64,000 nt of DNA from Acinetobacter phage ZZ1, in the sequence record NC_018087.3. One strand, given 5' to 3'. The notes below the pieces were generated by a model. That model searched no databases, was not told the origin of the DNA, and was given only the letters and a program-made list of their open reading frames with translations. Made by a program: the position numbers and the translations under genes. Positions within the stretch are counted from its first letter, which is position 1. Each line of letters begins with the position of its first letter. Of this stretch, positions 45,205-56,800 are shown in pieces.

Positions 45205-45660
45205 TTATTTTTCAGGAGACCAATCTAAATCTAAATCCTCAACATATTCATGCGTGGCGCCGATTGAAATTTTAAACTCCAATTTAGGCTTTGCCATCGC
45301 CCCAATATCATATGCTAATGTAATATGAGGTTGATAATCCGGAAAATCATAAGTTGCACCCAATGCTTGTGCATATGCAAAACGAGAGTGCAAATAAGGT
45401 GAATCTAGTAATAACACAAGGGCTCGTTTGCCGTTATGTTCAAATATTTCAAAGTCTTTAGCATATGCAATAATACCAAGATTGTCCATTGGTTTAAATG
45501 GAACAAACACACGAGAATAGCATATTGTAGAATGTAATTTATCGCGAGGTGTTGCATCAAATAACTTTAATTTATCTTGTAAATCGCATAAAGCATCTAA
45601 TGTGTCATTACTAAATTTGACCGCAGCATATGTACCACGGTCAAGTTGACTAAATTTCAT
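45205..45660 (-). CDS. 57B: gp57B-position protein (151 aa)
   Basis: Synteny (57B-57A-1-3-2-4) and size (T4 57B is 152 aa). Confidence 0.4.
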   Translation of the reverse strand: MKFSQLDRGTYAAVKFSNDTLDALCDLQDKLKLFDATPRDKLHSTICYSRVFVPFKPMDNLGIIAYAKDFEIFEHNGKRALVLLLDSPYLHSRFAYAQALGATYDFPDYQPHITLAYDIGAMAKPKLEFKISIGATHEYVEDLDLDWSPEK

Positions 45661-45959
45661 TATTCTTGAACTAAGTTTACATCAACTTCTTCAGGAATGC
45701 CTTCTACTGCACCTTCCAAAGCAAGATTTTCGTTATCAGCTACAAGAGCTTTAACAGTTTCAACAACATCAGCTAATGTAACATGACCTTCTTCATTGCC
45801 TTGAATTTGTGCAATATTAACAATTTCTTGAATTGTACCAGAAAGTTCTTGTACTTGGCCCTGCGCTTGACGTAAAAGTTCATTTACATCAAATAATTGT
45901 GCCTTTAAAAGAATAACTTGTTGTTCTGCAGTTGGTTGTTGCTGTGCTTGTTGAGTCAT
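45660..45959 (-). CDS. 57A: tail-fibre assembly chaperone gp57A-like (99 aa)
   Basis: Synteny upstream of gene 1; Gln/Glu-rich coiled-coil-like small protein. Confidence 0.45.
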   Translation of the reverse strand: MTQQAQQQPTAEQQVILLKAQLFDVNELLRQAQGQVQELSGTIQEIVNIAQIQGNEEGHVTLADVVETVKALVADNENLALEGAVEGIPEEVDVNLVQE

Positions 45960-45973
45960 TTTATTACCTCTAA

Positions 45974-46675
45974 TTAAATGTGTGCCAAAACGGCTTTTGT
46001 TAAATCTTCAATAGTACCATTATTTTTGATAACAGGTTCATGTGGAAGTTTATTAATTCCAGCTTCAGAAACATGTTCATCTTGATCTGTATTTAGTGTA
46101 TCACGTTCAATATGAAGAATTATTGCACCTAGATTACGAACTAAATTTGCTTCATGAGGATGACGAATATCAGTAATGATAAAAACATCTTTACCTTTAA
46201 CAAGCTGATCAAAATAAGCTTGCATCATACATCTTGACCAAAATTCACGATCAATTAATGATACAACAACATCAGTACCTAATGTTTGCATTAATCTACG
46301 AATAGACCAACTTTTACGATTACCCATTATTAATGTTGCTATTTCATTATCAATACGGGATGTCTCGCGGGTTGGAATATGCAAATTATATGTCTTGACT
46401 AAAAATTCAAGAGACTTAATAATAAGATTGTGTACATCATCATTTGAAAGTAAAAGAGGACTTTCACGATCAAAATCAGTCTCACCATTAAAGTCTGCGA
46501 ATGTTAATTTTACACCACTTTTTTCGAAAAGCGCCAATTTTTCATAAGAAATATCAAGAGCTTCTTTAATAGGATAGGCTAATGCATATTTAATTGCATT
46601 GCGATGTTCACAAATAATATCGGCCGTAGTATCTTTGCCTGAACGTTTCTTTCCGGAGATAGTTACAATACGCAT
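45974..46675 (-). CDS. 1: deoxynucleoside monophosphate kinase gp1
   Basis: P-loop MRIVTISGKKRSGKDT at the N-terminus; 233 aa vs T4 241 aa; synteny. Confidence 0.7.
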   Translation of the reverse strand: MRIVTISGKKRSGKDTTADIICEHRNAIKYALAYPIKEALDISYEKLALFEKSGVKLTFADFNGETDFDRESPLLLSNDDVHNLIIKSLEFLVKTYNLHIPTRETSRIDNEIATLIMGNRKSWSIRRLMQTLGTDVVVSLIDREFWSRCMMQAYFDQLVKGKDVFIITDIRHPHEANLVRNLGAIILHIERDTLNTDQDEHVSEAGINKLPHEPVIKNNGTIEDLTKAVLAHI

Positions 46676-46700
46676 TTCATATTATCCTCACAAGTGTATA

Positions 46701-47267
46701 TTATTTCGGAGATTTCCCCTTAATTAATTTATCAGAGATGCTTTCTCTTGTCTCTATAATAACACCGTTTTTTTCAATAGCGAAATGACTATAGTGAAAA
46801 GTGACATTTAGGTTAATAGCTGGGTCGCCGTCATCAGTGAATGAATATTCAAGATCACCCATCATAGATGGCCATGCATTATAATAATGTACAGACATTA
46901 CAGTTTTTGTCTTATCATTATTAAGAATGTGTAATGTAATAAATGGCGGTAGAACACCTGGTTCCCATCCATTACTTTCTTGGGTCATATAATTATTTAA
47001 AGCCAACATCCACTTATAAATGTCGAGCCATGCATCTAAATTTTCATCTACTAATACACGACAAACTAAAGGTTCAAATTCAAATGTTGAACCGGGTCTG
47101 TTGGCTCGGCCAACGCCGCGAGGGCCTAATGATGTATTAGTTACTGGAATTGAGATACCTGGAATTAAAGCTGTTTGTACATTTAATTTAAAAGCTTCTG
47201 TAATATTTGCATCAGGAACATCCAATGCAAAGTTAGTTATATTAGTTTGATTAAAAAACGCGCTCAA
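46701..47267 (-). CDS. 3: tail completion / sheath stabiliser gp3 (by synteny)
   Basis: Position between gene 1 and gene 2; 188 aa vs T4 176 aa. Confidence 0.5.
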   Translation of the reverse strand: MSAFFNQTNITNFALDVPDANITEAFKLNVQTALIPGISIPVTNTSLGPRGVGRANRPGSTFEFEPLVCRVLVDENLDAWLDIYKWMLALNNYMTQESNGWEPGVLPPFITLHILNNDKTKTVMSVHYYNAWPSMMGDLEYSFTDDGDPAINLNVTFHYSHFAIEKNGVIIETRESISDKLIKGKSPK

Positions 47268-47436
47268 GAGGGGCTCCTGGTTAAAAAATAACCATTTGAA
47301 ACTGTATTTCTAACGCTTTACAAATTTCAAATGGTATAATGGGTTTATCCCCTATCCCCTACCCCCTATGCTTTTCGGTCGGGAGAGATATAGGAGCTTT
47401 ATCTAATGTATCTAATATATTTTAATAATTAATATA

Positions 47437-48285
47437 TTATGATCTATTCGACCATACTCTTTGAGAGCTGAATCGTTTACCTTTCGACATAAATTGTTGA
47501 AGTGGCATTAATACTACATTAGCCCAATCGGTTGTTTTAATTTCAACAAATCGACCTTTTACATGTGAAGGCAAATATGCCTTAATCATTTTATCTGCGC
47601 CATTAAAACCTTTTACTTTAGACCAGTCAATCTTTAATTTTGTACTATTGGTTAAAGTTGATGTACTTGAATACTGTTTAAGTAAATCTTCTAAAAATTG
47701 TTGTCGAGCTTTTGGTGGAATATAATGTAAGTTTAAACCATGAAATAAAGTCGTTCCAGCTACTGATGATTTTGATGTACCTAGAAAAATAATTAAAGGA
47801 TACTTATCCCAATACGGCAACGTTTCTTTATGTTTAGCATCATAAATGAAAGCATAAATTTTACCAGGTTGTGGCTTGACCACTTGGTGTCCGCGGACAC
47901 CTTTACTTAATGTTTCTTTAAACCATTTTTCAGATTTATTGTTAATGGCCGCGCCGGCATCAGCAATTCTTGTTCGTAACGATTGTCTAAAGCTATTAAT
48001 AATAACTGCTTCACGTTCTCTTTTAGTTAGTTTATTTGATGGTTTAGATTTAGCTTGCTCGGCTTCCCATGCTAACTCTATTTGATTTTTATATCTAAGC
48101 ATACTACGAGTAAATGTATTATAAGTAATACCTCGTTCTTCGGCAAACTTTTTAGCAGTTGAGCCTTTTGCTTTTGCTTTATACCAATCTACGCCAATAT
48201 TAACCCAAGCTTGTTCTTGCCTAGTTATTTTAGGCTGAAACTTACTTTTTGCTGGTGCAGCTTCTTCTATTTGAAATATTGACAT
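47437..48285 (-). CDS. 2: DNA end-protector gp2 (by synteny)
   Basis: Position and size (282 aa vs T4 274 aa). Confidence 0.5.
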   Translation of the reverse strand: MSIFQIEEAAPAKSKFQPKITRQEQAWVNIGVDWYKAKAKGSTAKKFAEERGITYNTFTRSMLRYKNQIELAWEAEQAKSKPSNKLTKREREAVIINSFRQSLRTRIADAGAAINNKSEKWFKETLSKGVRGHQVVKPQPGKIYAFIYDAKHKETLPYWDKYPLIIFLGTSKSSVAGTTLFHGLNLHYIPPKARQQFLEDLLKQYSSTSTLTNSTKLKIDWSKVKGFNGADKMIKAYLPSHVKGRFVEIKTTDWANVVLMPLQQFMSKGKRFSSQRVWSNRS

Positions 48286-48297
48286 ATCTAAACAACC

Positions 48298-48747
48298 TTA
48301 AATTTTCATGCCCATCTTACGTAGACCAACTTCAGTTAAAACTCTAAAGGTCACACCTCTTTTTTCAGCCAATTGCTGTGCGGCCTCCCATTTATTGCAG
48401 TTCACATTCCAAGTATAAATTTCTTTTTGAAATCTTTTCTTAGCTGCTGTTGTGAGTTGCGCAGGTGGAACAGGTTCCACTGTTTCCTTTTTTGGCTTAA
48501 CTTCAACAAAAAATTCTTTTCCGCCTTCAATTTTAAACCAAAAGTCCATAAAATATCGTCTTTTACGACCATCCATTTGTGAAAAATAAGGTATTACAAC
48601 CTCTTCACTACTCCATGCAATAACTTTATCATTATTGTCTAGCCAGTCCATATAGAACTTTTCCCATGTAGATCGATATTGAATTTTATCAATTTTACCT
48701 CGATATTTATTTTTATTTTTTGGTATAAATCGGCCAGAATATGCCAT
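48298..48747 (-). CDS. 4: head completion protein gp4 (by synteny)
   Basis: Position adjacent to 53 in divergent orientation; 149 aa vs T4 150 aa. Confidence 0.55.
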   Translation of the reverse strand: MAYSGRFIPKNKNKYRGKIDKIQYRSTWEKFYMDWLDNNDKVIAWSSEEVVIPYFSQMDGRKRRYFMDFWFKIEGGKEFFVEVKPKKETVEPVPPAQLTTAAKKRFQKEIYTWNVNCNKWEAAQQLAEKRGVTFRVLTEVGLRKMGMKI

Positions 48748-48764
48748 ACTTTGTACCTCATTAT

Positions 48765-48772
48765 TATAAATA
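48765..48772 (+). promoter_or_regulatory. T4-type late promoter TATAAATA for gene 53
   Basis: Exact TATAAATA ~35 nt upstream of the gene 53 ATG. Confidence 0.6.
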
Positions 48773-48784
48773 CATATATTAAAT

Positions 48785-48792
48785 TATTTATA
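48785..48792 (-). promoter_or_regulatory. T4-type late promoter TATAAATA (minus strand) for gene 4
   Basis: Forward TATTTATA; divergent from, and 13 bp away from, the gene 53 late promoter. Confidence 0.55.
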
Positions 48793-48806
48793 AATGGGAG
48801 AACACT

Positions 48807-49400
48807 ATGATTAATTCATTTTATGACCCAGTTGCATACTCGGCCAAAACGGTTAATGTGAATGCTCCTGAACGTCTAATGACAAATATATTTAAAACTT
48901 ATACTTCATATTTTAAAAAAGTTGCAGCAAATTATAATTTGATTACATACTATATTCAAGGGGCTCCTCGCCCAGAAGCATTATCGTATGAACTTTATAA
49001 TAATACCCAATTATATTGGGCTTTAACTATGGCCAATGATGTTTATGACCCATTTCACGATTGGATTAAATCTCAAGAAGCCTGTTATCAATCAGTTGCA
49101 CAAATTTATGATAATCCTGAAAGTGTTATTGTTTATCATGTTGATATAAAAGGTGAGCGATATTATAATTTAATACAATATGATGATGAACCTGGCGTTT
49201 GGTACGATAAGGGTGATAAGAATAGAAGTTATCCACAATATAAGGGTGCATTAGCTGCAGTTAATGCGTATGAAGACGCGTTATCAGAAAATGAGAAAAA
49301 ACGAGAAATTAAAATTATTGCACCAACAGATATAGATAATTTTATTTCAGATTTAATTAAAGAAATGGAGCGTAATTTGCATGAGACTACAGTCGGATGA
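48807..49400 (+). CDS. 53: baseplate wedge protein gp53
   Basis: Synteny immediately upstream of gene 5; 197 aa vs T4 196 aa. Confidence 0.65.
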   Translation: MINSFYDPVAYSAKTVNVNAPERLMTNIFKTYTSYFKKVAANYNLITYYIQGAPRPEALSYELYNNTQLYWALTMANDVYDPFHDWIKSQEACYQSVAQIYDNPESVIVYHVDIKGERYYNLIQYDDEPGVWYDKGDKNRSYPQYKGALAAVNAYEDALSENEKKREIKIIAPTDIDNFISDLIKEMERNLHETTVG

Positions 49401-51162
49401 TATTAAATGGTGGGTTGGTGTTGTTGAAGACCGAATGGATCCATTACAACAAGGTCGAGTTAGAGTTCGTGTAGTAGGTGCTCATCCATTTAGCCGTATT
49501 CAAGGCCCATTTTCAGGACTTCCTGTTGAAGACCTACCTTGGATGAGTGTTTTATTACCTGTCACAACACCAGCTGTCGCAGGGGTTTCTGGGGCTGTTA
49601 CCGGTTTATTACCAGGTTCAGGTGTATTTGGTATTTGGCTGGATAAGTATAAAACTAATGGTCTTGTATTAGGTTCATATTCTGGTAATCAAGCCAATAT
49701 TCCAAATTCCGAAGAAGGCTTTAGTGATCCGTCTGGTCAATATCCTGATTATGCCGGGCCTGATAGTTCTGCTCTTAATGCTGGTGGTGCATATGGTGAT
49801 AGTGCTGGGGCAAACGCTTCTCAAAATGCAAATACATCAAAAGGTCTTTGGCCGGGAGGCGCTGATATTTCTGGGCCGGATGATGATCCAAATTTCACTA
49901 TTGAAAAAATGTTACGCGGCGATGAAGGGGTTAAAAATACTGTTTATTGGGATCATTTGGGTTACCCTACTGTAGGTATTGGCCATTTAATTCTATATCG
50001 TAAAACCCGCGATATGAATACAATTTTAAAACAATTATCTGCAGATTTAGGTCATTCTGTTGGGGCTACTATTTCACAAGCCGATATCTCAAAACTGTTT
50101 ATTTCCGATTTAGGAAAGACTCAAGCTGAAATTAAAAAGAACCGTGTTACCGGCCCAGTCTATGCTAAATGTAACCGTTCTAGACAAATGGCTTTAGAAA
50201 ATATGGCATTCCAAATGGGAACAGGTGGATTAGCTAAGTTTAAAAATTCTTTAGCATTAATGGCGGCGGAAAAATGGGATGAAGCCGCAAAGCAGCTTAA
50301 AAATTCTTTATGGGCCAGACAAACTCCAGGCCGAGCCAACCGTGTTTGTATGGTAATTAAGAATGGCAATTTAGGTGCATATGGTGTTATACCTAAATCT
50401 AATACTCCTAATCCTAGTCCAAATGCAAAATTTAGTATGGGCTTTGTATCATCGGATAACAGTTTTGACCCATATGATCCAAATGATACTGAAATCGTAC
50501 CTGATTTTTCTGACTTAAAAGTTGGGGATGGTATTGAAGAAGATTTAAGTTTACCTTTTGTTCGTGAACCTTCTGCTACTCTTTTTGAAGAACCTGATAG
50601 TTCATATATGGGCTCATATCCATATGTACAAGCTTTAACTACAGAAGGCGGCCATTCACAAGAATTTGATAATACACCGGGTCAAGAACGATATCGATTA
50701 AGACATCCATCCGGTTCTTATGTTGAAGTTGCACCCGATGGTCGAAAAACAGACAAAGCCACAGGTGATTATTATTCATTAACTGAAGGTGATAGATGTG
50801 AATTAACATCAGGCGAACGTAAAGTTAATGTGGGTGGTACGGAAACATATATTAATTTTGCTGATGTAATTAAACAAGTTGAAGGAACTGTTAAAACTAC
50901 AATATCTGGTGATAACGAAATAACTATTGCAGGCGGTGAAACTAAGAAAATTACTGGTGATGGCACTATTGAAGTTGGTGGAAATGTTAAAATTATTGTG
51001 ACAGGTAATGCCAATATTGAAGTAAATGGTAATACAGACCTAAAAGTTGGTGGAAGTATGACTGCCAATATTTCTGGAAATTATACTATGAATGTTGGCG
51101 GTACCTATAACATAACTTCAGGTTCTGTTACTTGGAATACTCCTAAATTCGATTTGGTGTAA
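49381..51162 (+). CDS. 5: baseplate hub / cell-puncturing protein gp5 with lysozyme domain
   Basis: N-terminal OB region; T4-lysozyme-like domain (VYWDHLGYPTVGIGHL...RSRQMALENMAFQMGTGG...); C-terminal beta-helix repeats (VGGTETYI..., ITGDGTIEVGGNVKIIVTGNANIEVNGN). Confidence 0.85.
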   Translation: MRLQSDDIKWWVGVVEDRMDPLQQGRVRVRVVGAHPFSRIQGPFSGLPVEDLPWMSVLLPVTTPAVAGVSGAVTGLLPGSGVFGIWLDKYKTNGLVLGSYSGNQANIPNSEEGFSDPSGQYPDYAGPDSSALNAGGAYGDSAGANASQNANTSKGLWPGGADISGPDDDPNFTIEKMLRGDEGVKNTVYWDHLGYPTVGIGHLILYRKTRDMNTILKQLSADLGHSVGATISQADISKLFISDLGKTQAEIKKNRVTGPVYAKCNRSRQMALENMAFQMGTGGLAKFKNSLALMAAEKWDEAAKQLKNSLWARQTPGRANRVCMVIKNGNLGAYGVIPKSNTPNPSPNAKFSMGFVSSDNSFDPYDPNDTEIVPDFSDLKVGDGIEEDLSLPFVREPSATLFEEPDSSYMGSYPYVQALTTEGGHSQEFDNTPGQERYRLRHPSGSYVEVAPDGRKTDKATGDYYSLTEGDRCELTSGERKVNVGGTETYINFADVIKQVEGTVKTTISGDNEITIAGGETKKITGDGTIEVGGNVKIIVTGNANIEVNGNTDLKVGGSMTANISGNYTMNVGGTYNITSGSVTWNTPKFDLV

Positions 51163-51164
51163 TT

Positions 51165-51620
51165 ATGTCAGATATTTTACCTATCAATTCTTTATTACCT
51201 ACAATTATGGAGGGTGCAAATGCATCCTTCACTTTTACACCTTCATTAGCTGCGACAGAAAAATTAATCAGTTTAAAAATTATTCAAAATGATTTTCCAT
51301 CATATATTAATGTTTCTGGTCCAACATTTGCTGGCAGGTTCGTAGGTTTATTTAAATTACAACCCGGGGCTTTAAAATATCGGAAGGGTCTTATTTATGG
51401 TGAAACTGATTCATTTGATAAGCTTCCGCCAAAAGGTCAAGCTCAATTATATTCATATACTGCGCCAACTGTTATGAAGAAAGACTTTCACCTTAAAGTT
51501 GAATTAAAATATTCAACAGAAGGCAATACAGAACTAAATATAACTAAAGACTATATTCAGCCTATACAGGGCGATTGGAATACATTTAGAGAACAATTTA
51601 TTAACTATGTGAGGTCTTGA
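51165..51620 (+). CDS. gp5.1-position baseplate-associated protein (151 aa)
   Basis: Position between 5 and 5.4. Confidence 0.4.
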   Translation: MSDILPINSLLPTIMEGANASFTFTPSLAATEKLISLKIIQNDFPSYINVSGPTFAGRFVGLFKLQPGALKYRKGLIYGETDSFDKLPPKGQAQLYSYTAPTVMKKDFHLKVELKYSTEGNTELNITKDYIQPIQGDWNTFREQFINYVRS

Positions 51621-51621
51621 A

Positions 51622-51897
51622 ATGCCAGCAGTATCTTTTAACGGTGCAATGACTACAGGGCATGGACCGTATCCACCGACTCCAATTAGATCGACACAAA
51701 CTAAGATGTTTGTAAATGGTCAAGCCGTTTTAGTAAATGGCGATCGGGCGGATCCACATGGTCATACTGGTATAGCCACTTGTATAGCAACTACTACAAA
51801 ATTATTCATTCAAGGAAAAGCAGCAGTGCGTATTGCTGATATGCTTACCGATGGTGATACTGTCGCACAAGGCAGTCCAAAATTATTTTCAAATTAA
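51622..51897 (+). CDS. 5.4: PAAR-repeat spike-tip protein gp5.4
   Basis: MPAVSFNGAMTTGHGPYPP...DRADPHGHTG PAAR-like motifs; 91 aa. Confidence 0.65.
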   Translation: MPAVSFNGAMTTGHGPYPPTPIRSTQTKMFVNGQAVLVNGDRADPHGHTGIATCIATTTKLFIQGKAAVRIADMLTDGDTVAQGSPKLFSN

Positions 51898-51906
51898 GAG
51901 GCACAT

Positions 51907-53862
51907 ATGGCAGATAATCTACCAAAATATGCACACGGACAATTACAAAGAACAGTGAATGCTATTCCAGAGGTTTTTGTCGGTGCAACATTCCAAGAAA
52001 TAAAAACTGCATTAATTAACTGGTTGTCAGGTCAAAAAGAATTTTTGGATTATGATTTTTCAGGTTCACGTATTAATATATTGCTTGATTTATTAGCATA
52101 TAACACATTATACATTCAACAATTTTCTAATACTGCAATATATGAATCATTCTTAAGAACGGCAAATTTACGAAGTTCTGTTGTACAAGCAGCCCAAGAC
52201 AATTCATACCTACCAAGTGGTATGACAGCAGCATCAAATACCATTCAATTAAGAGTATCGAATTCAGTAAACCCGACTAATGTAAAAATTCCAAGAGGTA
52301 CAAAATTCCTGGCTTATGCTCGTGAAACTTCGGCTGACCCGTATCCATTTGTTGTTACTGAAGATGTAGTTGCGGTTCGAGACTTAGAGAATGAATATTG
52401 GCCAATTGTTAATCTAGCTCAAGGTCGAGTAGTGCGTACAGAATTGGTATTTGATCCTACTGAACCTATTATAATTAGAGATGAATATATTGATCGTAAT
52501 CATGTTCGAGTATTTGTAGATGGTGCGGAATGGACAAACTGGACGCATAATTCAATGGTGAAGGCTGGTTCAACATCAACGATTTATTATATTCGTGAAA
52601 CTGTTGATGGATTTACTGAAATTTATTTTGGTGAAGGGGAACAATCAATTTCAACAACAAATGGTGCATTATTTGCCAATTATATTGGTGGATTAAAACC
52701 TGTTAAAAATGCATCAATTGCAATCGAGTATATTCGTACCGATGGAGCAAAAGCTAATGGTGCTCGCGATTTTACATATGCAGATACTTTGCAATATATC
52801 ACTATTAATGAAGTAATTGAAAACTTTAATAATGATCCTGATTATGTTGGTGCTGATGGCGGTGGTGATCCTGAAGATAAAGAACGTATTCGAGAAATGG
52901 CTGCAATTAAACGCGAGGCCCAAATGCGATGTGTTACAGCTTCGGATTATGATGCATTTGTTTCTGAGCGATTTGGTTCAATAACACAGGCTGTACAGAC
53001 ATTTACAGATTCCGATAAACCAGGTTATGCTTTTATTGCAATTAAACCAAAATCTGGTTTATACTTAACAGCGGTTCAACGAGAAGATATTCAAAATTAT
53101 CTAAAAGAATATAATCTTGCGCCGATTACACCGTCTGTAATTTCACCAAACTATCTATTCATTAAACATAATATTCGTGTAACTTATGCTATTAATAAAT
53201 TACAAGAATCTGAGCAATGGTTAGAATCTAAAATTATTGATCAAATCGATCGATATTATATTGAAGATGTTGAACTGTTTAATAAGTCATTTGCTAAATC
53301 AAAAATGTTAACATTTATTGATAATGCAGATCATTCTATTATTGGCTCGAGCGCATCTATTGAATTAGTACGTGAAATTCAAAATTTCTTTGTAACTCCT
53401 GAATCTGGAATTAAATACTATAATACAGTTAAAGCCAGAAGTATTACATCTAATGAATTTCCATTTATCCCAGAAGATGCCGCTGCCGATGATTACATGG
53501 TAAAATTAGTATCAACAGATTCAGATTCTAATAATACGGGTAAAATTTTAATTGGGCCATTTATTCCTGGTGATATACCAGCCCATATTACACCTTATGC
53601 AGGTAATGATTTTAATAGATCACCTATTGGTGCACAAACTATGTATTATCAAGTGGGTGAAATTAATTACTTAACTGATTACATTTATTGGAATCTTGCT
53701 GCAATGGATGTAACTTCGGATAGATTCGAAGTACAACAGATTGAATTATCAGCAACACCTGAAACTGATAACATTTTTACAAAAGATGGTTCATTAATTG
53801 TATTTGAAAATGACTTACGTCCACAGTATACAAATATTATTTTAGAGGCAGTAACGCAATGA
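51907..53862 (+). CDS. 6: baseplate wedge protein gp6
   Basis: 651 aa (T4 660 aa); synteny 5-6-7-8. Confidence 0.75.
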   Translation: MADNLPKYAHGQLQRTVNAIPEVFVGATFQEIKTALINWLSGQKEFLDYDFSGSRINILLDLLAYNTLYIQQFSNTAIYESFLRTANLRSSVVQAAQDNSYLPSGMTAASNTIQLRVSNSVNPTNVKIPRGTKFLAYARETSADPYPFVVTEDVVAVRDLENEYWPIVNLAQGRVVRTELVFDPTEPIIIRDEYIDRNHVRVFVDGAEWTNWTHNSMVKAGSTSTIYYIRETVDGFTEIYFGEGEQSISTTNGALFANYIGGLKPVKNASIAIEYIRTDGAKANGARDFTYADTLQYITINEVIENFNNDPDYVGADGGGDPEDKERIREMAAIKREAQMRCVTASDYDAFVSERFGSITQAVQTFTDSDKPGYAFIAIKPKSGLYLTAVQREDIQNYLKEYNLAPITPSVISPNYLFIKHNIRVTYAINKLQESEQWLESKIIDQIDRYYIEDVELFNKSFAKSKMLTFIDNADHSIIGSSASIELVREIQNFFVTPESGIKYYNTVKARSITSNEFPFIPEDAAADDYMVKLVSTDSDSNNTGKILIGPFIPGDIPAHITPYAGNDFNRSPIGAQTMYYQVGEINYLTDYIYWNLAAMDVTSDRFEVQQIELSATPETDNIFTKDGSLIVFENDLRPQYTNIILEAVTQ

Positions 53863-56800
53863 CAGTAAAAGCACCTACAGTAACAAGTTTAACAGTTAGT
53901 AAACTATCTGCAAATAGTTTACAACTTACTTGGGACGATGTGGGTGAGAACTTTTATTATTTGGTAGAAATGACTAAAACAAGAGACCTTGGTGAAGCCA
54001 CCTGGGTCTCATTAGGATATACTGCAGATAATTTATGGTTTTCATCCGATTTAGAAGCATCAACATTTTATAAATTTAGAGTTGCGGTAACATCAGCCGG
54101 ATTTGAACAGTCTGATTGGATTGAAACCGAAGAATTTGAAACATTTGATCAAAATGCATATTCATTTGAATTAATGAATGAATTAACTTTAAATAAAAAA
54201 TTCATCGATGAAAAATTTATTAAAGGTAATAATGATTATGTAAATTTTAGTACCGATGTTGTTTGGGCTGCCCTAACAAATGAATCATTTGTATATTCTG
54301 ATGCATATTCTCATATTTCTCAAATTTCAAACTTTATTATTAAAGAAAATGAATACCATGAAATTCAAGGCGATATCACACCAATTTGTCGTGATATAGA
54401 TCGCATGTATCTAATGGAAGATGAAGGTATTTTGTACTTATTTGAACGTTGGCAAGCTCTTGTTAAGGTTTCAAATGATAGAGGACAAACTTGGAAAGCG
54501 GTTCAATTAATGAATGACCGGGTCGGCTGGCCATTATCAAAAACTGTATTTTATCAAACATCAACAACAAATTATGTATTGGGCTGGGACAAAGTGTTCT
54601 ACGGTAGAAAATCAACTGATGTACGTTGGTCTTCTGATGAAGTTAGAATGTCTTCTGATGATATCACTTTTGCAAAAATTGGTGATACATTACAATTAGG
54701 TTTTGATGTTAATATTTTTGGCACATATGCGTCATTACCGGGCGATGTGGCCAAAATTGCAGAAGCTATTACATGTAATGATGATTACATTTATGTCGTT
54801 GCTCGAGATAAAGTTCGTTTTGCAAAAGCAAAAAATGCACCGATTGATACTGACGAACAGTCTCCAACATATAAAGAAAAGTTGTTTGAAAAAGAATCAC
54901 ATTCAATCACTGGAAATCCAAAAGTTGTAACTTGGAAAATGGATTGTGTTGATGGTAAAATTTTTGCTCTTGTTGTTGGTGAAATGGCACAAGAAAAACA
55001 GGACCCTCGCAAATTCCCAATTCTAGATTCAAAAGATAAAGGCGTTTATATTTTAGAAGACCATGATACTGGTAAATGGACTCGTATTTTTGGTAACACA
55101 GAAGAAGAACGTCGCCGTATTGAAGTTGGTTATACCAACATGAGTTGTGATGACCGAGAACTTTTTATATCATCAAGCAATTGGCATGCCCTACCTGAAG
55201 ATATTGTTCCTGATACCGAATTGCCTGAAAAATATCCAAATGAAGTTGTAACTGCAGTTAAACAGTTATATCCAGATCAGTGGATTCATGATAAACATTA
55301 TTTGATGATGTCATTTAGGGCTAATGGTCATGACGGGTGGGATAAATGGGCCCCGGGGCGTATGCGTTATTATGCAGAACCGTTCTTCTCAAAATGTACC
55401 AATTCTGGCACAAGATGTTGGGTTAATAATTCAAATAAAGTTGTTATGGTGTATTCTGATGTAGAACATTCATACGCAATTGACCCATATACACAATCAT
55501 CGCCAAACCGATTTATGAAAGAAGTTTGGGACAAAGGCGATTGTACTGTAATTAGCCCGAATATTGAGTTTAAAAACTTTACACAATATGCAAATGGTAT
55601 TGTTTTTTATAGATACTCTGGTGAATTAATTGGGTATTATGAATTTAATTATCGTGTAAAAGATAATGTTAGAATCGTATGGAAACCTTCTAATATATTC
55701 TTAAAGGCCTTTTTACGTCAACAAACTAGAGAAGAGCCTTGGGCGCCTGATGATAATAATGGATATAATAATCCAGATTTACGTCCGTTTTTGACAAAGA
55801 TGATTCCCGATAGCTATTTGTTAGAAGATAGTAATTTTGAAAAATTCTGTCAATATTATCTTCAGTATCTTTCGGATGGCTATGGTACCCCATATAATAA
55901 TCTGGTTAATCTTATTAGAGACAAATACCCAAAAGAAAAACATTCTTGGGAGTATATGTGGAGCGAAATTTATAAACGCAATATTTACTTAAGTAAAGAA
56001 AAACGTGATCTTGTTGCAAGATTCTTTGAAACTCGTAAAAATGATTTTTATTCAACTAAAGGTATAGAAGCTTCATATAAATTTTTATTTAAAGTTTTAT
56101 ACAATGAAGATGTTGAGATTGATATTGAATCTGCAAACGGACTAGAATATGATATTATTGTAGAATCTGATAATATCACAGAAGACTTGGCTGGACGCAC
56201 TGTTTATACTGCAACAGGTCGGTCTAATGTTACTTATATTGAGCGTCATTATAATAAAGGCAAATTACAGTGGAAATTAACTATCCATAATTTAATGGGT
56301 AGATTTATTAATGGCCAAGAAATCTTATCAGAACGCACCAATTTTAAAGGTATGATTGTACAAGGTGTTCGAGGTAAAGATATGTCATCTAATACAATTG
56401 ACTATATTAATCGAGGTCGAGCGTATTATGTAATGAAGATTAAATCTGCATTACCTTCATCCCGATATAGAGATGATGTTTTACGTTTCGTGCATCCAGT
56501 TGGATTTGGTTTTATTGGTATTACTTTAATTACAATGTTTATTAATGCCGGATTAAGCATGAAACATGTTGAAACTGTCATAAATACATTGAAGAATTAT
56601 AGATGGGATTCTGGACTACCTTCATATTGGCCAGATCGGGTTGCTAAATTTGGCCCAGATGGCAAAATTGATCATGACGCTGTAACAGGTGAACCTTTAT
56701 ATAACCCACATCCAAATGCGGGCCAAAAATTTCCATTGCGTCCAACATATATGGCAGATAATCCGGGTTTATATTATGGTGTAAATGCCGATGACCGTCG

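Noticed and set aside
47317-47340. Full sigma70 promoter (TTTACA -35 + TATAAT -10) at 47317-47340
   Set aside because: The -35/-10 spacing is only ~12 nt. Only the extended -10 TGGTATAAT is credible, so it is reported as a candidate within the gene 3-2 spacer finding, not as a feature.
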